Source of the DNA: an uncultured Candidatus Rokubacteria bacterium
Lineage (GTDB): Bacteria; Methylomirabilota; Methylomirabilia; Rokubacteriales; CSP1-6
Assembly: GCA_963789955.1 (NCBI GenBank)
Contig: CAWBMV010000037.1
Coordinates: 224,001 to 288,000 of the forward strand
DNA: 64,000 nucleotides
Reading direction: 5' to 3'
The notes under the pieces are model-generated. The model worked only from the letters and a program-made list of their open reading frames with translations. It made no database searches and was not told the DNA's origin. The position numbers and the translations under genes were made by a program. Every line of letters begins with the position of its first letter. Position 1 is the stretch's first letter. This document shows positions 53,889 to 63,331 of the stretch, piece after piece.

Positions 53889-55418
53889 TCAGACGGGGTA
53901 GACGCCGTTCCGGCGAGACGGGAACTCGTGCACTTTGGACTGCGCGAACGCCAGGCGCTTGATCAGCTCGTCGCGCAGGGCGCCGCCCGGCACGATGTCG
54001 TCGATCAGCATCTCGGAGGCGAGCTTGTAGGTGTCGACGTCCTTCACGTACTCGTCGCGCTTCTGCTTGACCCAGGCCGCGCGCTCGCTCTCGGGCAGCT
54101 CCATGATCTTGTTGTAGTAGACCGCGTTCACCGCGGGCTCCGGACCCATGATCGCGATCTGCCCCTGCGGCAGCGCGATCGACGCGTCGGGCTCGAAGGC
54201 CGGGCCGCACATCGCGTAGAGCCCGGCGCCGTAGCACTTGCGCACGATCACCGAGATCTTCGGCACCGTCGCCTGCGCGGTCGCGAAGACCATCTTGGCG
54301 CCGTGGCGGATGATCCCCTGCTGCTCGACCTTGGTGCCGACCATGAAGCCGGCGATGTCGGCGAGGTAGACGAGCGGGAGATTGAACGCGTTGCAGAGCC
54401 AGATGAAGCGCGCCGCCTTGTCGGACGAGTCGACCATCAGCACGCCGCCCTTCACCTTCGGCTGGTTGGCGACGATACCGACCGCGCGGCCGCCCAGACG
54501 CGCGAAGCCGACGATGACCTCCTGCGCGAAGAGCCGCTTGATCTCGAACCAGGAGCCGGCGTCGATCAGACGATCGATGACCTCGTACATGTCGAAGTAC
54601 TTCCGCTGGTCGTACGGGACGATCTCATCGACGGAGCGGCCCGGCTTCGGCTCGGCGGCCGGCGCCATCGCCGGCACATCGCGGTACGACTGCGGCATGT
54701 AGGTCAGATAGCGGCGGGCCAGCGCGATCGCGTCCTCGTCCGAGGCGGCGAGCATGTCGCCGCAACCGGAGACCTTGCAGTGCATGAGCGCGCCGCCGAG
54801 CTCCTCCAGGGTCGTCTTCTCGCCGATGGCCATCTCGACCATGCGCGGGCTCCCGACGTAGAGAGACGCCTTGCCCTCCACCATGATCACCACGTCGGTC
54901 AGCGCGGGCAGATAGGCCGAGCCCGCCGGCGACGGCCCGAACAGGATGCAGACCTGGGGCACGACACCGGAGAGCTGCACCTCGTTGTAGAAGATGCGTC
55001 CGGCGTGGAATCGCCCGGGAAAGATCTTGATCTGCTCGGAGATGCGCCCGCCGGCGGCGTCCACCATATAGATGAGGGGCAGCCGCAGCCGCGCGGCCTT
55101 CTCCTGGATTCGAATGATCTTCTGGATGGTCTTCTCGCCCCACGAGCCGGCCTTGACCGTGTAGTCGTTGGCCATGACGCACACGGGACGCCCGCCCACC
55201 ATGCCGACGCCGGTGACGACGCCGTCGGCCGGTGTGTCGGGCTCGTTGGACCGCGCGAAGAGCCAGTCCTCCTGGAACTCGGAGCCCGGATCGAGAAGGA
55301 GCTTGAGCCGATCGCGGACGAAGAGCTTGCCTTCCTCGCGGAGCTTGTCGCGGTACTTCGTGTGACCCTGCTCGATCCGCGCGCGCTCCTGGAAGTAGCG
55401 TTCTTCGCCCGAGCTCAC
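53889..55418 (-). CDS. Acyl-CoA carboxylase carboxyltransferase (beta) subunit
   Basis: PADGVVTG, VDAAGGRI, GIVANQP, GIIRHGAKMV and RKCYGAG motifs. Confidence 0.92.
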   Translation of the reverse strand: MSSGEERYFQERARIEQGHTKYRDKLREEGKLFVRDRLKLLLDPGSEFQEDWLFARSNEPDTPADGVVTGVGMVGGRPVCVMANDYTVKAGSWGEKTIQKIIRIQEKAARLRLPLIYMVDAAGGRISEQIKIFPGRFHAGRIFYNEVQLSGVVPQVCILFGPSPAGSAYLPALTDVVIMVEGKASLYVGSPRMVEMAIGEKTTLEELGGALMHCKVSGCGDMLAASDEDAIALARRYLTYMPQSYRDVPAMAPAAEPKPGRSVDEIVPYDQRKYFDMYEVIDRLIDAGSWFEIKRLFAQEVIVGFARLGGRAVGIVANQPKVKGGVLMVDSSDKAARFIWLCNAFNLPLVYLADIAGFMVGTKVEQQGIIRHGAKMVFATAQATVPKISVIVRKCYGAGLYAMCGPAFEPDASIALPQGQIAIMGPEPAVNAVYYNKIMELPESERAAWVKQKRDEYVKDVDTYKLASEMLIDDIVPGGALRDELIKRLAFAQSKVHEFPSRRNGVYPV

Positions 55419-55431
55419 CGTCGCCTGCCGA

Positions 55432-56455
55432 TCACGGAGTGGGGTTGGTCCACAGGATGATGATGAGGGTGCCGGAGCCGTGCTTGGGACCGCCGATCAC
55501 CGCCGGATTGCCCGATTGGGCCTGAATGTTCGTCGACAGCTCGGTCATGCTGCCGCGCAGGAGCCGCATGTTGAACGTCACCGCGGCGCCACGCACGCTC
55601 TGCGGCGTGACCTCCAGCCGCCGATCGCCCGGCACCGGCCACTTCTGGGTCGTTCCCACCGGGACCTCGGCGCGGTAGCGCGCGAGTGAGGTGTAGTTGT
55701 TGTAGCGGAAGAGCTGGCGGAGCTTCGGCAGAAACGCCTCGAGGCGCTCGTCGGGCGGCTCCGGCGCCTTGGTCGACGCGTTCGGCGGCGGGCCGTCGCT
55801 GGCCAGGACGATTCGCGTGCCGAACCGGACAATGGTCTGCGCCTGCGCGATCGCGGCCAGCGCAAGGGTCAGCATCACGGCCAGGATCAGCAACCAGGAG
55901 CGGTCCGAGGGCGTCCCGTAGACGCCGGCGGGCGTTGTGCAGCCGCGACATCACGGTCCCCATCGGTATGTTCAGCACCTCCGCGATCTCGCGGTACGAG
56001 AGACCCTCGAGATCACTCAACATGATAATGGCCCGATGCGGCTCGGACAAAGTGGCGAGCGCGCGGCCGATTCGCTCGCGCTCCTCGACCTGCTTGGCGT
56101 GGGTGTCGGGCGCGGTCCCCTGATCGACCAGGACCCGGTCCCAGTCCTGCTCGTCGACGCGCTCGGTACCGAACGCGCGCCCGCGCGCCGCGTGCTGTCG
56201 CGCGCGGTCCCGCGCGACGTTCATCACGATCCGAAAGAGCCAGGTGTAGAACGCGGAGTCGCCCCGGAACGACGGCAGCGCCTGAAAGGCGCGGATGAAG
56301 GCATCCTGGGCGACGTCCCAGGCCTCTTCCGGGTCGCGAAGGACGTTGTAGGCGAGTCGATAGACGCGCTGCCGGTACTTCTCGACCAGGGGCTCGAACG
56401 CCGCGAGATCGCCGGCACGGCATCGCTCGATCAGGGCTGCTTCGTCCGTGTCCAC
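55432..56455 (-). CDS. ECF sigma factor, probably continuous with a TM helix and exported domain via a 1-nt frameshift near 55894
   Basis: DVAQDAFIRAF, FYTWLFRIVMN and LSYREIAEVLNIPMGTVMSRLHNAR; removing one G gives ...DALGPLLLLILAVMLTLALAAIAQAQ... Confidence 0.8.
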
Positions 56456-56511
56456 CGGGATTCACTCGCTCGCCCCCCGTCGTCGTTAGACGACGAGATG
56501 GCGGTCGCGAT

Positions 56512-56965
56512 TCACCGTCGCCGAGTCGTTCGGCGCGAATCCGCCGTGAGAGCGTCGAGGCCCAGCAGATAGCTCTGTGGGCCGAATCCCACGATCTGAC
56601 CGCGCGCAACGGCGGCGATCACCGAGTGGCGCCGGAACTCCTCGCGCCCGTGCACGTTCGACAGGTGGACCTCCACGACCGGCAGCTTGATCGCGGCCAC
56701 CGCGTCGCGCAGGGCGATCGAGTAGTGCGTGAACGCGCCCGGGTTGAAGACGACGCCGGCGAACCGCTCACCCTGGGCGGCCTGGAGCCAGTCGACGAGC
56801 TGTCCCTCGTGATTCGACTGCCGGCACTCGACCGAGTGACCGCGGCGGCGGGCGTGCTCGCGAAGCATACGATCGACTTCGGCGAGCGTGATCGCGACCG
56901 TAGACTCCCGGCTCGCGGGTGCCCAGGAGATTCAGGTTCGGGCCGTGCAGGATCAGGATCTTCAC
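56512..56965 (-). CDS. aroQ: Type II 3-dehydroquinate dehydratase, frameshift near 56890
   Basis: [39 protein letters not shown] and EVHLSNV..REEFR motifs. Confidence 0.93.
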
Positions 56966-57006
56966 GACAGCGCGGGAGCTTAGCATCAGCGGGCTGTCCG
57001 GGCGGA

Positions 57007-57519
57007 TCAGAAGAACGTGGCGGGGTCTCGAATCTTGTCGCGGAGCAGAGGGGGCACGCTGGGCTCCTTCCACCACGCGTCCCAAAGCTCATCGCCCGTG
57101 ACTTGCCCCATCGTGATGTTGAGCATCACCATCGTCCAGATGAACTTGTTCGGCGACAGCTTGACGCCGTTCAGGACCCGGTCGACGACGCCGTCGACGA
57201 GGACGGGTCGACCGACGTTGTGCAGGTGCTGCTGGAACGCAATGATCCAGTGCGCGGTGATGTCACCGTAGACTCCGTCGACCTTCATCGTCGGAAACTT
57301 CTTGGGTGGGTGGAACGGGTTTTTGAACTTCGTCGGATTCTGGGCGACGATCTTGAGGAAATGCTGGACCAGCATCACGTCGTCCGTCTGGTTCCTGGAT
57401 CCACGATGGTTCCCCGGAACGTTCGGCGCACCAACGAAGCCGTCCGTGTTGTAGAACAGATTGTCCCGGTGCTTCGGCAGCTTGTCCACGAAGTCTTTCG
57501 CAACGTCTCGGAAGGCCAT
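57007..57519 (-). CDS. Hypothetical protein with a peptidoglycan-binding (PG_binding_1-like) motif
   Basis: [21 protein letters not shown]...[18 protein letters not shown]...VDGVV. Confidence 0.7.
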   Translation of the reverse strand: MAFRDVAKDFVDKLPKHRDNLFYNTDGFVGAPNVPGNHRGSRNQTDDVMLVQHFLKIVAQNPTKFKNPFHPPKKFPTMKVDGVYGDITAHWIIAFQQHLHNVGRPVLVDGVVDRVLNGVKLSPNKFIWTMVMLNITMGQVTGDELWDAWWKEPSVPPLLRDKIRDPATFF

Positions 57520-57569
57520 CGGTCCTCCTCCGTTCTGTCGATCAAGCGGATTTTCATCGAGAAAGGCGA

Positions 57570-58313
57570 TCAGTGCGCGCCGAGCGGCGACACGAGCCAG
57601 TCGGCGACCGCGAACAGCACGAGCCCGGCGAAGACCGTCCAGCCGAGGGCCGGACCACCTTCGCGATTCACTTCGGGAATGAGATCCGACGCCGCGACGT
57701 AGATGGTGACTCCGGCCGAGAGCGCCAGCGCGTAGCCGACGTGATGAGCGGCCAGGAAGTGCGTCGCCGCCGCGCCCGCGAGCGTGAGCACGCCGAGCAG
57801 CGCGCCCGCGCCCACCGCGGCCCTGGGCGACTGGCCGCCGGCGAGCATGATCGACGCGATCGTGACCCCCTCGGGTACCTTGTGCAGGCACACCGCGATG
57901 GACAGGAGCACGCCGAGCGACGGGGCGATCATGAAGCCCGCGGCGATGGCGACGCCGTCGAAGAGCGTGTGGACGCCGAGGCCGAGGAGCGCCAGGTAGC
58001 CGGCCGAGGGGCGCAGCAGCGCCTCCGGGTGGATCTCTTCGCCGAAGTGGAAGTGCGGCGCGACCGTGTGCTCGAAGAGGTGCACGCCGAAGTAGCCGAT
58101 CAGGACGAAGAGGAACGCGTGCGGGACCTGCGCGCTCTCGGGCAGCATACGCACGAACGCGGCGGCCAGCATGAACCCGGCGCCGCCCGCGACGAAATAT
58201 CGCAGCGGCGCCAATCCCTTCTGATGCACCGTGGTCACGAGCAAGGCACCGGCGAGATCGGCGACCGCCGCAGCGGCCACAAAGGCCAGGTATGCTAACA
58301 TCGTCGGGAGCAT
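57570..58313 (-). CDS. ZIP-family metal transporter
   Basis: HFHFGEE loop, HTLFDGVAI, LHKVPEG and YVAASDLIPE motifs. Confidence 0.9.
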   Translation of the reverse strand: MLPTMLAYLAFVAAAAVADLAGALLVTTVHQKGLAPLRYFVAGGAGFMLAAAFVRMLPESAQVPHAFLFVLIGYFGVHLFEHTVAPHFHFGEEIHPEALLRPSAGYLALLGLGVHTLFDGVAIAAGFMIAPSLGVLLSIAVCLHKVPEGVTIASIMLAGGQSPRAAVGAGALLGVLTLAGAAATHFLAAHHVGYALALSAGVTIYVAASDLIPEVNREGGPALGWTVFAGLVLFAVADWLVSPLGAH

Positions 58314-58316
58314 AGC

Positions 58317-60011
58317 ATGGGCATCACAGGGCTTTTCCGCAGGCTCGGTGAGATCCTGGTTCGCGAGCGGCTGACCACCCCCGACGTCGTGGAGCAGGCG
58401 CTCGTCCGCGCCCGCACGACGGGCGAACGGGTCGGCGAGGCGCTCGTGTCCCTGGGCGCCGTGAAGGACGACGACGTGCTCCGAGCCCTCGCGCAGCAGC
58501 AGAACCTCGCGTATCTCAACCGCGATGAGCTGCCGGCGCCCCTGCCGATCGTCAAGAATCTCTCGCCGAAGTATCTGCGCCAGTACGCGGTGTGCCCGGT
58601 GAGCGTCGAAGGCAACGTGCTGACCATCGCGACGGCCGATCCGCTGAATCCGATCATCGTCGACGATCTCGCGCAGTCGACCGGCCTCACCGTGAAGGTC
58701 TGCGTCTCGTCGGCCGACGCGATCGTCGAGGCGATCGACCGGACCTATGACGGCGTGGCGACACCGCTGCAGCGCATCGTCGAGGGCATGGACGACGATC
58801 GCGGCGGCGAGGGCGACGAGGACGTCAACCAGCTGCGCGACATGGCGTTCGAGGCGCCGGTCGTCCGGCTCGTGAATCTGCTCATCGAGAACGCCATCAC
58901 GTCCGAGGCCTCCGACATCCACATCGAGCCGTTCGAGGACACGCTGCGCATCCGGTACCGCATCGACGGCATGCTCTTCGACCAGGAGGCGCCGCCGCGG
59001 CGCCTGCAGGCCGCGGTGACCTCGCGCGTGAAGCTGATGGCCGAGATGAACATCGCGGAGCGGCGGCTCCCCCAGGACGGCCGCATCCGGGTCACGCTCC
59101 ACAATCGCCGCGTCGACATCCGCACCTCGACGATTCCGACGGTGCACGGCGAGTCGATCGTCATGCGGCTGCTCGACCGGCAGAGCGTCTTCCTGGCCCT
59201 CGAGAAGCTCGGCTTCTCGCCGGGGATGCTCCCCCGCTTCGAAGGGTTGATCAAGCGGCCCCACGGCATCGTCCTGGTCACGGGACCGACCGGATCGGGC
59301 AAGACCACGACGCTCTACGGCGCGCTCGACAAGATCAACTCGCCGGACCGCAAGATCATCACCGTCGAGGACCCGGTCGAGTACCAGCTGAAGGGCGTCA
59401 ACCAGATCGCGGTCAAGCCGAAGATCGGTCTGACCTTCGCCACCGGGCTCCGGCACATCGTCCGCCAGGACCCCGACGTGATCCTGATCGGCGAGATCCG
59501 CGACCTCGAGACGGCGGAGATCGCGATCCAGGCCTCGCTCACCGGTCACCTCGTCTTCTCGACCCTGCACACCAACGACGCGCCGGGCGCGATCACGCGG
59601 CTCCAGGACATGGGCGTCGAGCCCTACCTGGTGGCCTCCGTGCTCGAAGGCGTGCTCGCGCAGCGGCTCGTCCGGCGGATCTGCGCGACGTGCCGCGTCT
59701 CCGACACGCCGTCGCCGGCCGACCTGGGCGCCCTCGGCATCGCCGGCGCCGACGGCACGCGCCTCTATCGCGGCCGCGGCTGCGACGAGTGTCGCGGCAC
59801 CGGCTACCGAGGCCGGACCGGGATCTACGAGCTGTTCCCGATCACGGAAGAGGCGCGCAGCCTCATCCTCCGCCGAGCGCCGACCCGCGACATCCGCCGT
59901 GTCGCGATGGAAGCCGGCATGGTCACGTTGCGGCTCGACGGCTGGGCCAAGGCGTGCGCCGGGGTCACCACCGTCGAGGAAGTGCTCCGAGTCACGCAGG
60001 AAGACGCCTAG
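58317..60011 (+). CDS. gspE: Type II secretion ATPase
   Basis: N-terminal RLGEIL (MshEN-like), ASDIHIEP, GPTGSGKTTTL, LSTLHTN-like FSTLHTND and two CxxC motifs. Confidence 0.93.
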   Translation: MGITGLFRRLGEILVRERLTTPDVVEQALVRARTTGERVGEALVSLGAVKDDDVLRALAQQQNLAYLNRDELPAPLPIVKNLSPKYLRQYAVCPVSVEGNVLTIATADPLNPIIVDDLAQSTGLTVKVCVSSADAIVEAIDRTYDGVATPLQRIVEGMDDDRGGEGDEDVNQLRDMAFEAPVVRLVNLLIENAITSEASDIHIEPFEDTLRIRYRIDGMLFDQEAPPRRLQAAVTSRVKLMAEMNIAERRLPQDGRIRVTLHNRRVDIRTSTIPTVHGESIVMRLLDRQSVFLALEKLGFSPGMLPRFEGLIKRPHGIVLVTGPTGSGKTTTLYGALDKINSPDRKIITVEDPVEYQLKGVNQIAVKPKIGLTFATGLRHIVRQDPDVILIGEIRDLETAEIAIQASLTGHLVFSTLHTNDAPGAITRLQDMGVEPYLVASVLEGVLAQRLVRRICATCRVSDTPSPADLGALGIAGADGTRLYRGRGCDECRGTGYRGRTGIYELFPITEEARSLILRRAPTRDIRRVAMEAGMVTLRLDGWAKACAGVTTVEEVLRVTQEDA

Positions 60012-60017
60012 TCCGCC

Positions 60018-61230
60018 ATGCCCGTTTTTGTGTATCGGGCGGCCGACCGGCGCGGCCAGACGATCGATGGCGTGATGGAAGCGCCCGACGCGCGCTCCGT
60101 CGTCGAGCGGCTGCAGCGCGATTCGTACTTCCCGATCCGCGTCTCGCCGCACGCCGACCGGCAAAGCTGGCTGTCGCTCGGCGGATCGGGTCGCATCAGC
60201 CAGGGCGACATCCTCGCGTTCACCCAGCAGCTCGCGACCCTGTTCGAGGCCACCCTGCCGCTCGACCGCGCGCTGGCCATTCTCGAAGAGCTGGCGCCGA
60301 ACGGGCGCGTCAAGGCGATCGTGTCCGATCTGCTGGTGAGCGTTCGCGGCGGCGCCTCGCTGAGTGAGGCGCTCGCCAAGCATCATCCCCGGCCGTTCTC
60401 CCGGCTCTACATCAACATGATCCGCGCCGGCGAGCGGGGCGGCGTGCTCGAGGTCACCTTGCGCCGGCTCTCCGAATTCCTCGAAGCGCGCGCCGCGTTC
60501 AGCGAGGCCGTCATCACGGCGGTCGCCTACCCGGCCGTGGTCTTCACGTTCGGGATCGGCGCCATCATCTTTCTCATGACCTTCGTGATCCCGCGGTTCG
60601 CGACGATCTTCGCCGACCTCGGACAGACGATCCCGCTCCCGACCCAGATCCTCCTCACGGTGAGCGCGATCTTCTCGTCCTACTGGTGGGTCGGTGTCCT
60701 CCTGGCGCTCGGCGCGATGCTGGCCTGGCGCATGTGGACCGGCAGCCCGCAGGGGCGGCTCCAGTGGGATCAGACCATCCTCGGCCTTCCCATCGTCGGA
60801 CCGCTCGTCATGAAGATCGAGACCGCGCGCTTCGCCCGGACGCTCGGCACCATGCTCAAGAGCGGCGTGCCGGTCATGAGCGCGCTCGCCGTCGTCGGCG
60901 ACACGATGACGAATCAGGCGATCGGGCAGGCGCGTCGCGCGGCTCTCCGATGGCGTGAAGCGCGGCGGCACCCTCGCGACGGGGATGCAGGAGCAGGCGC
61001 CGTTTCCTGTGCTGGCGATCCACATGGTGCGAGTCGGCGAGGAGACGGGCCGGCTCGAGGACATGCTCATCAAGGTCGCCGAGACGTTCGAGACCGAGGT
61101 CGGGACCGATCTCAAGCGCGCGCTCCGGCTGCTCGAGCCCGTGATCATCTTCGGCATGGGGGTACTTGTGGCTTTCATCGTCGTCGCTATGATGCTGGCT
61201 ATTTTCTCTATCAACGAGATACCGCTGTGA
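60018..61230 (+). CDS. gspF: Type II secretion inner-membrane platform protein, frameshift near 60930
   Basis: FTQQLATL, YINMIRAGERGG, LPTQIL, GEETGRL and LLEPVII motifs. Confidence 0.92.
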
Positions 61231-61232
61231 GG

Positions 61233-61387
61233 CGGGCGGGGCGGGCCGAGCGGGGGCGGGGGAGCCCCTGCGCGACGACGACTGCTCTCATGGACTTCCC
61301 GTCAAAGAGATTACTCGGCGGCGTCCGCGCGCTGACTACACGCGTCGCGCAGGGGCTCCCCCGCCCCCGCTCGGCCCGCCCCGCCCG
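61233..61387. repeat. Perfect 45-bp inverted repeat with a 65-bp spacer (REP/MITE-like)
   Basis: 61233-61277 CGGGCGGGGCGGGCCGAGCGGGGGCGGGGGAGCCCCTGCGCGACG is the exact reverse complement of 61343-61387. Confidence 0.9.
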
Positions 61388-61421
61388 GTCTCGGTTTCTC
61401 GTTCTTGAGAATTGCCGCTCG

Positions 61422-61868
61422 ATGCGTCGAGCTGCATGCCGGAGGTTCTTAGATCAGCGGGGGTTTACGTTGATCGAGCTGCTCGTGGTCATCATCGTGC
61501 TGGGGTTGCTGGTTGGGTTGGTGGGGCCGCGGCTGTTTGGTCGAGTCGGTCAGTCGAAGATGGCTGCGGCGCGGGCGCAGATCGAGCTGCTCGGGGCGGC
61601 CCTGGACCAATATCGCCTGGACATCGGCAGCTATCCCAACGCCGGCCAGGGTCTCGACGCGCTGAATCGGAATCCGAATGTAAACAACTGGAACGGTCCC
61701 TACCTCAAAAAGGCTGTGCCCAAGGATCCGTGGGGCAACCAGTACAAGTATCGCTGCTGTCCGGGCCAGAACGGGGAGTACGACCTCTGGTCCGAGGGTG
61801 CCGATGGGGCCCCGGGTGGCGAAGGCGAGAACACGGATATTACGTCATGGGACAGCAGCCAAAAGTAG
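61422..61868 (+). CDS. gspG: Major pseudopilin
   Basis: QRG/FTLIELLVV, ALDQYRLDIGSYP, WNGPYL, DPWG and GADGAPGGEGENTDI motifs. Confidence 0.95.
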   Translation: MRRAACRRFLDQRGFTLIELLVVIIVLGLLVGLVGPRLFGRVGQSKMAAARAQIELLGAALDQYRLDIGSYPNAGQGLDALNRNPNVNNWNGPYLKKAVPKDPWGNQYKYRCCPGQNGEYDLWSEGADGAPGGEGENTDITSWDSSQK

Positions 61869-62296
61869 ATGCCCGGGGCTTCACGCTCCTCGAGCTGATC
61901 GTCACCTTGGTGGTCGTCGCGGTCGCGGTGGGCCTCGTGGCCCCGGCGATCGGACGGAGCACCGAAACCTTGCGCGCCCGGGCCGAGGTCGCCGGATTCT
62001 CGGCCACGTTCCGGCACGCGCGCGAGCAGGCGATCACCACGAGACAGGCGTTCACCGTCTTGGTCAATCCGACGAGCCATCTGCTGACGGTCACGACCGG
62101 CGAGGACGAAGTCCGCTGGACCCGCGCGCTCTCGAAGCGCGTCGAGATCCGGGCCGACACGCCGAACTCGCTGGCGGTTCGCTTCGAGCCGCAGGGAACG
62201 TCCAGCGGCGGAGACTTTCATCTCGTCTCGGGCAAGATCGCCTATCGCGTCACGGTCGACGCCGTGACCGGACGCGTGCGGAACCAGCGCGAATGA
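61847..62296 (+). CDS. gspH: Minor pseudopilin (GspH/FimT-like)
   Basis: RG/FTLLELIV, FEPQGTSSGG and VDAVTGRV motifs. Confidence 0.82.
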   Translation: MGQQPKVDARGFTLLELIVTLVVVAVAVGLVAPAIGRSTETLRARAEVAGFSATFRHAREQAITTRQAFTVLVNPTSHLLTVTTGEDEVRWTRALSKRVEIRADTPNSLAVRFEPQGTSSGGDFHLVSGKIAYRVTVDAVTGRVRNQRE

Positions 62297-62697
62297 GGCG
62301 CCGGAGCCAGGCCGGCTTCACGCTCCTCGAGGTCCTCATCGCGTTCGCGATCCTGAGCGTCGCCGTGGTCGCCGTGATCCAGGGCTTCGCGCAGGGGCTG
62401 CGGCTCTTGAAAGTCGCGGGTGACCACCAGCAGGCCGTGCTCCTCGCCGATCAGAAGACCCGCGAGATGGTCGTCCCGGTGGAAGGGCGCGACCAGGGCA
62501 AGGAAGGCAACTTCGACTGGGAGCGCGTCGTCACCGTCGTGCCCGCGCCCGATCTCACCCGGACGGCGGCGACCGCCAAATGGCACGTCTACCGGATCGA
62601 CGTGAAGGTCAGCTGGGGCGACAAGCGCGGCGTCGAGATCGTGAGCATGCGGACGGCCGCCGACGCGGCGCCGCTGCCGGGAGTTCGTTCGCGGTGA
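62293..62697 (+). CDS. gspI: Minor pseudopilin (GspI-like)
   Basis: MRRRSQAG/FTLLEVLIAFAIL and IDVKVSW. Confidence 0.8.
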   Translation: MRRRSQAGFTLLEVLIAFAILSVAVVAVIQGFAQGLRLLKVAGDHQQAVLLADQKTREMVVPVEGRDQGKEGNFDWERVVTVVPAPDLTRTAATAKWHVYRIDVKVSWGDKRGVEIVSMRTAADAAPLPGVRSR

Positions 62698-63317
62698 GAC
62701 GCGACCAGCGCGGCTTCACCTTGATCGAGCTCCTGATGGCGCTCGCCATCGTCGGCGCGCTGGTGGTGATCGCCTTCGGCGGCGTCCGGATCGCGCTGGG
62801 CTCGTGGCGGCAGGGCGAGGAGCGCGCGGAGGCATACCAGCATCTGCGCGGGATCGCGCTGACCCTGGGCCGCTCGGTCGGCGCGGCCTATCCGTTCAAC
62901 GGCCCTCGCAGCGACATGCCGACCGCGGTGCTGCTCTTCGCCGGCACCGCGTCGAGCCTCGAGTTCGTGACGCAGACCGCCCCCTTCCCGACGTCGATCC
63001 CCGTCGCCTTCACCGCGGTCGTGATCGAGCTCGGAACCACGGGCGAGCAGCGCGGCCTGGTCATCCGGCAGCGCGTCTTGCCGAACCGCAACCCGTTCAC
63101 GGACGCGGTGGTCGTCTTCAACGACCCCACCCTGACGGAGCTCTCATTCGGCTTTCTCGACGACTCCGGCGCCTGGCAGGACACGTGGGACGTCGAGACC
63201 CAGAAGCGCCTGCCGAAGGCGATCCGCGTCAGCGTGGGCGGCACGCTCAACGGCCGCGCGCAGACCCTCTTGCCCTTGACCGTGCCGCTCCGCGTGGGCA
63301 CCGAGCAGCAGCAGTGA
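62694..63317 (+). CDS. gspJ: Minor pseudopilin (GspJ-like)
   Basis: QRG/FTLIELLMALAI and WQDTWD...LPKAIRV. Confidence 0.8.
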   Translation: MRRDQRGFTLIELLMALAIVGALVVIAFGGVRIALGSWRQGEERAEAYQHLRGIALTLGRSVGAAYPFNGPRSDMPTAVLLFAGTASSLEFVTQTAPFPTSIPVAFTAVVIELGTTGEQRGLVIRQRVLPNRNPFTDAVVVFNDPTLTELSFGFLDDSGAWQDTWDVETQKRLPKAIRVSVGGTLNGRAQTLLPLTVPLRVGTEQQQ

Positions 63318-63331
63318 TGCGCGATCGAGCC

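Noticed and set aside
57570..61214. 1214-aa minus-strand ORF and many other long overlapping ORFs (e.g. 6127..7854, 33486..35147, 48495..49958)
   Set aside because: Antisense or alternate-frame shadows of real genes in high-GC DNA; only the last ~247 aa of the 1214-aa ORF (ZIP transporter) is a recognisable protein.
60018..61868. Apparent GspF-GspG fusion (616-aa ORF)
   Set aside because: Produced by the gspF frameshift near 60930 reading through the intergenic palindrome; the true gspF C-terminus is in ORF 60955..61230.
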